This document shows positions 40,659 to 48,508 of a stretch of 64,000 nucleotides of DNA, piece by piece (position 1 is the first letter of the stretch; each line of letters opens with the position of its first letter). The stretch lies in sequence record MW879341.1; one strand, given 5' to 3'. The notes under the pieces were generated by a model. The model was not told where the DNA came from, did not search any database, and saw only the letters and a list, made by a program, of their open reading frames with translations. A program made the translations under genes and the position numbers.

Positions 40659-41435
40659 ATGGAACTCTTTCGCTATGGCTGTACTGCCATGTCTGGTATT
40701 ACCTCTGCTGGCGTAATCAAACCCGACGCAGACGGTTTCTACCCGATGGTTATGGGTGGCTTTAACGTACACAACTCTGGTGATGCCTGGTATCCGTGGA
40801 CACCAAGCGTGCAACAGTTGTATGCTAAGTCCAGTGCGTTCCAACGTCGTGTCTTAGACGGTGCTCTGCGTGGTGAGTTAGGTCACCCTCGCCGTCAACC
40901 TGGTCAGACTGATCGTGAGTTCATGGCGCGTATCATGGACATCTACGAACCTAACGTATGTCAGCATATCGCAGAACTGTGGGCTGATGACGGATTGTTC
41001 AAAGGTCGCGACGGTCAGCCGATCATTGCTATCCTCGGTCGTGTTAAACCCTTCGGCGATAAGAAAGGCGCATTGATTGATGCCCTGGAAACACCGCGTG
41101 CCAATGCCTGCCAAAGTATCCGCAGTCTGACTGATGACAACATCCGTCGTGGGCGTGTGGAGAAAGAAGTTCGTGCGTGTATCACTTATGACCACGTTAA
41201 CGAACCAGGTATCGCCATTGCACGTAAGTGGAACTCGCCGGGTCTGGAGAGTATGGGTGAGTCTGTCGTTATCTCTCGTGACATGTTGGACGAGTTGGTT
41301 GAGCGTCGTAACAACGCCATGGTAGGTAATGAGTCTGCAAACAACGTTGCTAAGTCCATCATCCTGGATATTGGTGCACGTAAGCCTCGCGGTAAAGAAC
41401 TCGTGTTCCCAGTAGGTGGTTCTAGCCGCTGGTAA
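40659..41435 (+). CDS. Prohead serine protease (phiKZ gp175 / T4 gp21-like)
   Basis: LRGELGHP (catalytic His), QSIRS (catalytic Ser), DHVNEPG. Confidence 0.9.
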   Translation: MELFRYGCTAMSGITSAGVIKPDADGFYPMVMGGFNVHNSGDAWYPWTPSVQQLYAKSSAFQRRVLDGALRGELGHPRRQPGQTDREFMARIMDIYEPNVCQHIAELWADDGLFKGRDGQPIIAILGRVKPFGDKKGALIDALETPRANACQSIRSLTDDNIRRGRVEKEVRACITYDHVNEPGIAIARKWNSPGLESMGESVVISRDMLDELVERRNNAMVGNESANNVAKSIILDIGARKPRGKELVFPVGGSSRW

Positions 41436-41445
41436 TTCCATACGG

Positions 41446-41470
41446 TTTTGAGATATATATTATCTATAGG
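41446..41470 (+). promoter_or_regulatory. Phage early-type promoter
   Basis: TTTTGAGATATATATTATCTATAGG. Confidence 0.6.
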
Positions 41471-41477
41471 TAAAGTG

Positions 41478-42236
41478 ATGCAAATATATCGCAAAGGCAC
41501 CGACAGCTTTGGTGCTGTCCAATTAGTACCACAGGTCTTCTATCAGTTCTGGGACGGCGATATCGACGCAACTGACGTAGGTCGTTACCCGAAACCGTTG
41601 GACCCACTCCCAGAGATCAACTGGGAGATCTTAGTCTCCGCATCGGAATGGCGCGAACGCATCGTAAGTGCCGATACTGACAACTCTATCAGTATGTCCA
41701 AACTGCGCGAGATTCCTGACAACTATATCGAAGCCGCAATGCTGAATTTGATTTATGGGTATCCAATGACCTATAACACAATGAACGCTAACTACTTACC
41801 CCTGCGTGTCGATACAGACTTTAACGTCAACCCAATCGGCTACCCGGCTTACGCTATGGTTCTGCTAGCTATCAAGACACTGATTCAGGACTTGGTTGCT
41901 AAAGGTACCGTAGAGGCACAGAGCCGCGCTGAGACGCTGCGTCAGCTATTACGCCACCTTACCTACGTTGCTATTCAGATCGTGTTAAACAACACGCCTG
42001 TGAAGCCTAACGGTGTGGTGTTCGTGGGAGCATTGACCAGTACTGAAAACTCTGGGTGCGATTTAGTCTATTACGATAACGAAGCGTACACTAAGTGGAT
42101 TGCTGCTGGCGGTAACGAAGGTTTAGCCTGCGCTGAGTGGGTACTGAACCAACGTAGTCCAGACGACCAGACGATCACCGGTCAGATTGCTATCCTCAAC
42201 CGTTGGAAGCCTCTGACAGATATCACCCAATCATAA
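41478..42236 (+). CDS. Hypothetical protein (about 252 aa)
   Basis: AGGT RBS then ATG 41478. Confidence 0.65.
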   Translation: MQIYRKGTDSFGAVQLVPQVFYQFWDGDIDATDVGRYPKPLDPLPEINWEILVSASEWRERIVSADTDNSISMSKLREIPDNYIEAAMLNLIYGYPMTYNTMNANYLPLRVDTDFNVNPIGYPAYAMVLLAIKTLIQDLVAKGTVEAQSRAETLRQLLRHLTYVAIQIVLNNTPVKPNGVVFVGALTSTENSGCDLVYYDNEAYTKWIAAGGNEGLACAEWVLNQRSPDDQTITGQIAILNRWKPLTDITQS

Positions 42237-42239
42237 CCC

Positions 42240-42269
42240 AGGTAGGACTTCGGTCCTACCTTTATGCCG
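42240..42269 (+). terminator. cUUCGg hairpin + TTTATGCCG terminator
   Basis: AGGTAGGAC-TTCG-GTCCTACCT-TTATGCCG; core identical to the copy at 52239. Confidence 0.78.
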
Positions 42270-42287
42270 CTCATTAAGGAGTCTTAA

Positions 42288-42968
42288 ATGCAAATCACCA
42301 TCGAGTCACAACACCTCACCCGCGTTCAGTCAGATCGTGCACTTTTGGAATACGTGGGCAATATCCCTAAAGTTCACGCCAGCTTCAGTGACTTTGACGG
42401 ACTGTTCCCAACGGTCAGTGGTCGTGCCCTGCGTAGCTTACTGCTTAACGCACCTACTCTGGTGCCTGAACTTAATACTCCCACCTTTGAAGAAGTCGCA
42501 CACCACTATACACCCATGCGTTTACACCCGGTGTATCACGGTCTGATTCTCAATCAGGAAAGTTCAATTGACGAACTTATCCAATCGGTTCAACCTATCT
42601 TTGGTTTCTACCGTAACCGCCGTATCGGTCTCCCTGCTCTGATTGCTCTCCTTTACGTACTGGTTAGTATGCGTGAAACCTGGAAGCTGACAGATCGTCA
42701 ACGGGAAGCTATCGACTACTACCTGTGGCGTGTAGCGTATACCATTCAAGCCAGTGCCAACTCACTAACTCATCTGGAGTCTTCTCTGGAACCAGTGCGT
42801 GCTCTGTATATCCGCCGTATGCGTGATCAGTCTAAACCTGACGAGATCATCGTTGTAGTGGACGCTGCTGTCTATGCTGCTTATCTCAAAGCGGGCTATA
42901 CAGAAGAACAACTCATCAAGCAGGTTGCAACACGCGACACTGAATCGCTCTACGTGTCCGCAGTGTAG
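42288..42968 (+). CDS. Hypothetical protein (226 aa)
   Basis: TAAGGAG RBS. Confidence 0.7.
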   Translation: MQITIESQHLTRVQSDRALLEYVGNIPKVHASFSDFDGLFPTVSGRALRSLLLNAPTLVPELNTPTFEEVAHHYTPMRLHPVYHGLILNQESSIDELIQSVQPIFGFYRNRRIGLPALIALLYVLVSMRETWKLTDRQREAIDYYLWRVAYTIQASANSLTHLESSLEPVRALYIRRMRDQSKPDEIIVVVDAAVYAAYLKAGYTEEQLIKQVATRDTESLYVSAV

Positions 42969-42985
42969 TCATTAATCCCAAACAG

Positions 42986-43010
42986 TTTTGAAGTATATAT
43001 TACCTCTGTG
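42986..43010 (+). promoter_or_regulatory. Phage early-type promoter
   Basis: TTTTGAAGTATATATTACCTCTGTG contains the exact TATATTAC. Confidence 0.72.
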
Positions 43011-43031
43011 ATTAACCAATAAGGATTGCCC

Positions 43032-43418
43032 ATGAACGTAACTAACATTAAACACATCAGCACCAAATTCGACGCAGATATCGGCATGGTCGTAGTGCAG
43101 GTAGACGTTACTCTGGATAACGACACCGTACTGAAAGAGCGCTATGCCGTCTGCCCAGTCAAACGTATCGATATTGTAGATGGTCGTATCTACGGTATCG
43201 TTGAAATGGTGAGCGGTGCGAGTCTGGGTAAGAAAGGGGTATTCTCACTCCACGCCTGTGATACCACACGCTTCGCCTCCCGTGCAAAGAACGCGCATCA
43301 ACTGTGGACTGGTGTAGTGCCAGAGATTAACCGCTGGTTAGATGCACAAGCGCTGGCAGGTATCCGTCTGCGCTCTGTAGTAAATACCATCCGTGACGTA
43401 GAGTTACAGGTATCGTAG
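43032..43418 (+). CDS. Hypothetical early protein
   Basis: TAAGGA RBS then ATG 43032. Confidence 0.65.
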   Translation: MNVTNIKHISTKFDADIGMVVVQVDVTLDNDTVLKERYAVCPVKRIDIVDGRIYGIVEMVSGASLGKKGVFSLHACDTTRFASRAKNAHQLWTGVVPEINRWLDAQALAGIRLRSVVNTIRDVELQVS

Positions 43419-43513
43419 TAAAATAATACATGCTTGACGTATAAATTTGAAAGAGCGTGTATGACACCCTTGACACACAAATCCCCAATTGATCAATTGA
43501 ATGGAGTAGTACA

Positions 43514-43945
43514 ATGAGCACTATCAAACCTGAAGTTCGTAAAATCGCTGACAACCTGAAATCTGACGCTTCTTTCAACGAAGACGGATCTCCGGCATTC
43601 GCACTGGATGCGTATGAGCGTAACCTGGGCGAAGGTCTGACCCTCGAAGCGCGTAAAGCGTTTGAGAAGAACGACAACAACTTCATGTGTGCTGCGGCGC
43701 TGGCCTTCGGTGAACTGTCTACCGACAAAATGAAAGACAACAAAGATCTGGAAAAGACCGCTACCCGCGTTACTCTGGGCGGCGACAAACTGGATCTGAG
43801 CTTCACCCGTAAAAGTGAAGTGTCTGACGGCAAAGGCGGTCGTATGGAAGTCCTGGGTTCGGTTGGCGTTAAGTACCGTGCTACTGCGCACCTGACTGCC
43901 GTTAAGAAACACCTGCGCGAAACTGCAACCTCTGCACTGAGCTAA
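43514..43945 (+). CDS. Abundant small protein (143 aa), possibly HU/IHF-like fold
   Basis: GGAG RBS; strongly optimised codons. The CDS is well supported; the fold is an inference. Confidence 0.7.
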   Translation: MSTIKPEVRKIADNLKSDASFNEDGSPAFALDAYERNLGEGLTLEARKAFEKNDNNFMCAAALAFGELSTDKMKDNKDLEKTATRVTLGGDKLDLSFTRKSEVSDGKGGRMEVLGSVGVKYRATAHLTAVKKHLRETATSALS

Positions 43946-43954
43946 GGTTCGGCG

Positions 43955-44140
43955 TTGGTTGCGAAGAGTGTAGTAACTGAATCCCTGGATCGGTTACTGG
44001 AACGTTTCGACCCTGAAGAGTTCTCGTTCGACGAGAGACACGATGTCGCAGTGCTCGCTGAATACATCACAGACCACCTGGAAGAAGTCGGGTGGTTGAA
44101 TGTTACAGATGCAGCACCAGTCATCGACTCAGAAGGGTAA
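43955..44140 (+). CDS. Small acidic protein, paralogue 1 (61 aa)
   Basis: TTG start after TAAGG; 16 D/E versus 4 K/R. Confidence 0.65.
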   Translation: MVAKSVVTESLDRLLERFDPEEFSFDERHDVAVLAEYITDHLEEVGWLNVTDAAPVIDSEG

Positions 44141-44209
44141 CAAAACCATTGCCTCCATGTGGGGCAATGTAATCGGTCACAAGACCATCACGATTTAAGG
44201 AATTTATCA

Positions 44210-44413
44210 GTGACTACTAAAGTACAGGCTACCGAATCACTCGCAGACCATCTGAGTTCTTACGAAGGTCGTGAAGTATTTTCTTTCGCTTCAGCCGAAG
44301 ATCGTGCTGGACTGGCAGAGTTCGTGATTGATCACCTCGACGAGCTCGAAGTGCTGACGCTTACTGATGTTGCTGACGTCATCGACGCTGGCGAACCGGC
44401 TGCCGCCGAGTAA
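44210..44413 (+). CDS. Small acidic protein, paralogue 2 (67 aa)
   Basis: TAAGGA RBS then GTG 44210; 16 D/E versus 3 K/R; aligns end to end with paralogue 1. Confidence 0.7.
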   Translation: MTTKVQATESLADHLSSYEGREVFSFASAEDRAGLAEFVIDHLDELEVLTLTDVADVIDAGEPAAAE

Positions 44414-44738
44414 GCGCAATGGATTGCGATGTGGTGGAATAGACGGTTATGGTTCGGTGCTCTGTCACCATTAAACGCTCTAGTAGGGTTGCATCGCCAC
44501 TAAACCGCCACATCGCTCCCGGTTGGATCTCACCATAACGAGGTCACGCTGGATGCTGAATGAGTTAATGACATTCCGGAAAAATGTAACTAACCTTTCA
44601 ACCATCATCACAGTGCTTGGTCTACAAAGACTTTCAGTGTTCAGTGTGTATGTGGAGAGACTTTAGACACCTCTCCACATTCCACTGCATACTACCATGC
44701 AGTAACCCCAGTGGTCGCCAATAGACTGCTAACATAAG
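44414..44738 (+). ncRNA. Candidate structured non-coding RNA
   Basis: ORF-free 325 nt with at least five stems, including 12-bp 44426-44437/44505-44516 and 10-bp 44650-44659/44671-44680. Confidence 0.5.
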
Positions 44739-45680
44739 GTGTTACTAATGAAAAGAACTATCGACTTAACCTGCCAATACAAAAACGACTACTACCTGCC
44801 ATTATGTGGTAAGGTGGTTGACGATTACGTTGAACTGGATATCCGTCTGGCTCAAACTCCAGAACAGTTTACCGGTAAAGCTGAATTATCCATTGACGGC
44901 GAGTACGCTACGTACATCGTTCAGATTAAGGATAAGCGTGTAGAGGCTGCGTTACGTAAAGGCGATCCTACGATCTCCCGCAATAACCCTAGCTTGACGT
45001 TCCAACCGAAGCGTATCAATCTCACCGACATCTCGTATGTGGGTGAAGGTTATCACCGCATTCACGTTACCAGCATCGAGGGTAATACAGAAGAGAACGC
45101 TCTGCGTAACTTGGTATCTATCATTATGGATAACCTGGTAGCAGGCAATCAACTCTCCTTTGCTATGGCTATGTCCTTCACTGGTCTGGTCAACCTCGCC
45201 AACGGTAACTATCAGGTTGAAGCCTCCGTCATCAAAGACGGTGCCGTACTGCCAAACGTTACCCGCCGGATTACAGCGCAGCATCTTCGTGGTGCTATCC
45301 GCATCCAGCGTGTAGTCGACATCAAGCAGATCGATTCTGTTACGCGTGAGTCTACGATCATTAACGATTGGAGCAAGTTGTGGGATAGTTATCCGAATAC
45401 TCCACTGCAACGCTTTATCGCTTCAGTAACGACGTTGGGTGGTTATGGTCCAGTTACCTACACCACCGAATACAAAGAGGATATCTCCGACTCTACAGTG
45501 TTACCTCCTACACATCTGGATGCTTGGCATGATCTGGGTTGGAGTGGGACCATCGAAGACCTGGTGAAAGCGACCTCAGAATTCTTACCTGAGAAAACTG
45601 TGAGCTTCTTATCTATCGGACCTTACGATGCCATCCACTGTAAGAACGCAGTGATCATCTTCCCAGACGCTAGCGTCTAA
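44739..45680 (+). CDS. Hypothetical protein (313 aa)
   Basis: TAAGG RBS, GTG start. Confidence 0.7.
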   Translation: MLLMKRTIDLTCQYKNDYYLPLCGKVVDDYVELDIRLAQTPEQFTGKAELSIDGEYATYIVQIKDKRVEAALRKGDPTISRNNPSLTFQPKRINLTDISYVGEGYHRIHVTSIEGNTEENALRNLVSIIMDNLVAGNQLSFAMAMSFTGLVNLANGNYQVEASVIKDGAVLPNVTRRITAQHLRGAIRIQRVVDIKQIDSVTRESTIINDWSKLWDSYPNTPLQRFIASVTTLGGYGPVTYTTEYKEDISDSTVLPPTHLDAWHDLGWSGTIEDLVKATSEFLPEKTVSFLSIGPYDAIHCKNAVIIFPDASV

Positions 45681-45691
45681 CTGTTACCGAC

Positions 45692-45732
45692 AGGAGGACT
45701 TCGGTCCTCCTTTTTAATCTACTTCTTTTTTT
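45692..45732 (+). terminator. cUUCGg hairpin terminator with delayed U-tract
   Basis: aggaggac-ttcg-gtcctcct-tttt ... ACTTCTTTTTTT. Confidence 0.78.
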
Positions 45733-45745
45733 GCACAGCAGAGCA

Positions 45746-46450
45746 ATGAACATGGAATTTTCGAGAGACCTCGCTAGAGTTACGCACACGTTTGAGTTTA
45801 TCACCGCTGTGGCGTATTTGCATGACCACTATCCTCACCACAAGACAGACACACTAAAAGATCTGTTGAACGGTGACTACTATAGCGATAAACGCTGTGG
45901 TCAGCTTATTACCCATATGGACGTCGCGCTGGCACTGTGTATCGTAAATGATACCGTACCATGCTGGGACGAGGGTAGACTCTTTTATACTGCGTTCAAA
46001 GGGATACCACATCCACGCTCTGACTATACCAGTCTGAATAGTCCTAACTTTAAGACTATCCGTTGGTTGGGTGAGCAGTTAGCCAAAGAAGTAAATCGTT
46101 ATCAGAATGCTGCTGTGTCAGTGAACTCTGTCCTGCGCAAGATCGATACCGATGTAGCATTGTACGGTAGTAACCGCACAGTCGCGTATTGGAATGATCG
46201 TCGTGATCAGAACTGCACGTTCATCATTAACACACTACGCAATATCCTGGTACAAGGTCGCCATCTTAAACGTTACTGGGAATCTCTGTTCTGGTTTTTA
46301 CCGAAGGACAACGAGAACTATACACTCCCTCTTACGTTTAAGCGGGTTACTGTGCCAGGTGTGCCCAATGCTGTGAAAGTATACGTGCGTAGCAAGAGAC
46401 ACAAACTCTGTCTCTGCACGCGTAACAGTTATCTCATTCTAGGTGCATAG
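45746..46450 (+). CDS. Hypothetical protein
   Basis: Long ORF; start uncertain (45746 or 45752). Confidence 0.6.
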   Translation: MNMEFSRDLARVTHTFEFITAVAYLHDHYPHHKTDTLKDLLNGDYYSDKRCGQLITHMDVALALCIVNDTVPCWDEGRLFYTAFKGIPHPRSDYTSLNSPNFKTIRWLGEQLAKEVNRYQNAAVSVNSVLRKIDTDVALYGSNRTVAYWNDRRDQNCTFIINTLRNILVQGRHLKRYWESLFWFLPKDNENYTLPLTFKRVTVPGVPNAVKVYVRSKRHKLCLCTRNSYLILGA

Positions 46451-46453
46451 TAA

Positions 46454-47074
46454 ATGATTAAACCACAAGCTTCATGGGTCAACGCCTTACTGCGACTGAT
46501 TCCACTTGCAGCGATCGAGCGTACCGGCTCTCGCAGCGTAGGAAACTCTACAACGACACTGATCACCGATATCCAACCAAGTGGGTACCTCAGTGATCTA
46601 CTCGTGCGTATGAACGTACCAGACGGTATTACCGCCAATGAAGCGAGTGATTTGATCGAATGGATTAATACGTTCACCAATCTCGAAGCCACACTGGTGA
46701 CCTTCGACTACATGACAGCCGACGACACGCCTTATCGACTCTACGGTCTTACCGTGAACCATGTAACTCTCTGGTTCCTCGGTAACGTGCCGGAGGCTAA
46801 CGCCATTTACCAACTTACTGAAGCGGGTGCTGTTGAAGTACCCGCTAAACAATCAGGTACCATCGTCGACGACGGTGTAGCTGTAGAGGTATTGTCCGTA
46901 CCATCAAACCCTAATCCTGAAGTAGCCATACCTGACAGTGGGCGGGAAACGTGGTTTGATAAAGTAGGTGCTATACCTGACGACCAACGCGAGTGGTTAC
47001 TCACTCAACTCGAAACAGCATTTGAGCGTATTGACAGGAAGGACCTGTTCGACGAACTCTCTGCTGAACTTTAA
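46454..47074 (+). CDS. Hypothetical acidic protein (206 aa)
   Basis: Tiled ORF. Confidence 0.65.
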   Translation: MIKPQASWVNALLRLIPLAAIERTGSRSVGNSTTTLITDIQPSGYLSDLLVRMNVPDGITANEASDLIEWINTFTNLEATLVTFDYMTADDTPYRLYGLTVNHVTLWFLGNVPEANAIYQLTEAGAVEVPAKQSGTIVDDGVAVEVLSVPSNPNPEVAIPDSGRETWFDKVGAIPDDQREWLLTQLETAFERIDRKDLFDELSAEL

Positions 47075-47092
47075 TAAATAAGGAATCAAACC

Positions 47093-47560
47093 ATGAAAAC
47101 CAAATCAATCTTAGCTGTTGCACTGACCGTCGCTCTGTGTGGTTTTGCCACTACCGCTGACGCCAAAGGTTGGGAGAGTGGATACTCTCAGGGTGAGAAC
47201 ACCTACCAGACCAAAACCACTAATGGTAAGAACGACGTTACGTTGTATTGTAGCGGTGATGCTGAAGCTCAGACTTTCTTCCTGTCTGGTAAAGCACCTG
47301 CTCCAATCGCATCAGGGGCTGCCGAGGACAACATGAAAATGACCATGCAGATTGATGGTCACGATTATGCCGTTCCGTTTGCGGCTAAATCCTATAAGAG
47401 CCAGGCAGATTACAAAGCGTTTTGGGAGTCTCTCCGTAACGCTAAGAGTGTAACCATTCTGACCGGCGGTAAAGAATACAAGGTCCCCACCGAAGGTCTG
47501 AAAGCTGCACTGCCTGCCTACGGTAGTCCGGAATTTGAATGTGGGTTAACAACTAACTAA
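47093..47560 (+). CDS. Secreted protein (Sec signal peptide), paralogue A
   Basis: MKTKSILAVALTVALCGFATTADA-K; TAAGGA RBS. Confidence 0.78.
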   Translation: MKTKSILAVALTVALCGFATTADAKGWESGYSQGENTYQTKTTNGKNDVTLYCSGDAEAQTFFLSGKAPAPIASGAAEDNMKMTMQIDGHDYAVPFAAKSYKSQADYKAFWESLRNAKSVTILTGGKEYKVPTEGLKAALPAYGSPEFECGLTTN

Positions 47561-47589
47561 GAGGGACATGCCGTCCCATTGAGGGATAC

Positions 47590-48036
47590 ATGCGAAAGTC
47601 TTTTGTATTACTTCTAGCTTTGCTAGGTACATCAGCACACGCGTCTGGGTGGCAAGCTATTGAGGACAAGCGTGAAGTGCACTATCGGGTTATGGCATCT
47701 GATAGTGCAATGCTAGATATTGGTTGCAGCGCCAACTTTAATGTCATACTCGGTACAACGTTTATCACAAGCTGGAACGGTTCAATTGCCGTGAGACAGT
47801 TCGAGATTGACGATAAGGTATACCCGAACTATTTCAACCCGGGTACACCTGCACCGACACTCAGCACGTATAACACATTTTGGAATGCGTTCAGGAGTGC
47901 TAAAGAGATCGTCGCCTTAACCGGTGAAGGTAACTTTAACATACCTGTGCAAGGTATCCGAGACGCAATCCCTTCTACCGACAGCAATAAGTTCATTTGT
48001 CGTCCGGTAGATACGAAAGGTGTTCTGGTACTATAA
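47590..48036 (+). CDS. Secreted protein (Sec signal peptide), paralogue B
   Basis: MRKSFVLLLALLGTSAHA-S; shares GW, CS, FWxxxRxAK, LTG and FxC with paralogue A. Confidence 0.75.
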   Translation: MRKSFVLLLALLGTSAHASGWQAIEDKREVHYRVMASDSAMLDIGCSANFNVILGTTFITSWNGSIAVRQFEIDDKVYPNYFNPGTPAPTLSTYNTFWNAFRSAKEIVALTGEGNFNIPVQGIRDAIPSTDSNKFICRPVDTKGVLVL

Positions 48037-48037
48037 C

Positions 48038-48077
48038 AGGGAGGCTTCGGCCTCCCTCATCACTAACTTCTTTTTTT
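48038..48077 (+). terminator. cUUCGg hairpin terminator with delayed U-tract
   Basis: agggaggc-ttcg-gcctccct ... ACTTCTTTTTTT. Confidence 0.78.
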
Positions 48078-48087
48078 GGTATTTAAA

Positions 48088-48507
48088 ATGATCAGTGACG
48101 CACAGTTCGACGCAATCGAACGCAATGCACCTCAGGTTGCGATTAAAGGGTATATTGACGAAGACCAGAAAACGCGTACTGGTTATGCTTTCTTAGCGCT
48201 CGACTTGCTGTCGCGCTTGCCGTACCACTTTACGTGGGGTGTGAGCTATCCGACAGTTGAAGAGTTGGCTGTAGCGCAGGATGGTCTGATTGTGCCAGAT
48301 GCTGGTCCAGAAGATACCATCTACAAAATCTATGACCTGCTTGGTAAGGCGATGTTCTTACCGAGTGGTGCAGCAGACTGGCGTATCCTGAATATGCTTT
48401 CTGCTGCTGGTTATCTCGTAGCGCGTAACTTCAGTCAGCATGAGGACGATGCTTACTGGGTGCGTACAATCCGTGGTCATTTCGTAGTCTACCCACCGGT
48501 GGTGTAA
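48088..48507 (+). CDS. Hypothetical protein
   Basis: ATG 48088. Confidence 0.6.
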   Translation: MISDAQFDAIERNAPQVAIKGYIDEDQKTRTGYAFLALDLLSRLPYHFTWGVSYPTVEELAVAQDGLIVPDAGPEDTIYKIYDLLGKAMFLPSGAADWRILNMLSAAGYLVARNFSQHEDDAYWVRTIRGHFVVYPPVV

Positions 48508-48508
48508 A

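Noticed and set aside
40878-41441. 187-aa minus-strand ORF
   Set aside because: Antisense shadow of the prohead protease gene.
43435-43500. Host sigma70 promoter from TTGACG/TTGACA hexamers
   Set aside because: No acceptable -10 hexamer at 16-18 nt spacing (TCAATT at best).
43493-43912. 139-aa and 168-aa minus-strand ORFs over the 143-aa gene
   Set aside because: Shadows caused by strong codon bias; no RBS or promoter context.
44426-44520. tRNA-Leu/Ser-like start (GCGATGTGGTGGAATAGAC) with a complementary 3' end
   Set aside because: No TTC(A/G)A T-loop, no D-loop GG, no 7-nt anticodon loop and no CCA. The terminal stem is 12 bp, not 7. Kept only as an ncRNA candidate.
44414-44738. Group I intron, hammerhead ribozyme, tmRNA or retron msr-msd
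   Set aside because: No P/Q/R/S elements; CTGAATGAG is not the CUGANGA core; no tmRNA termini; no reverse transcriptase in the window.
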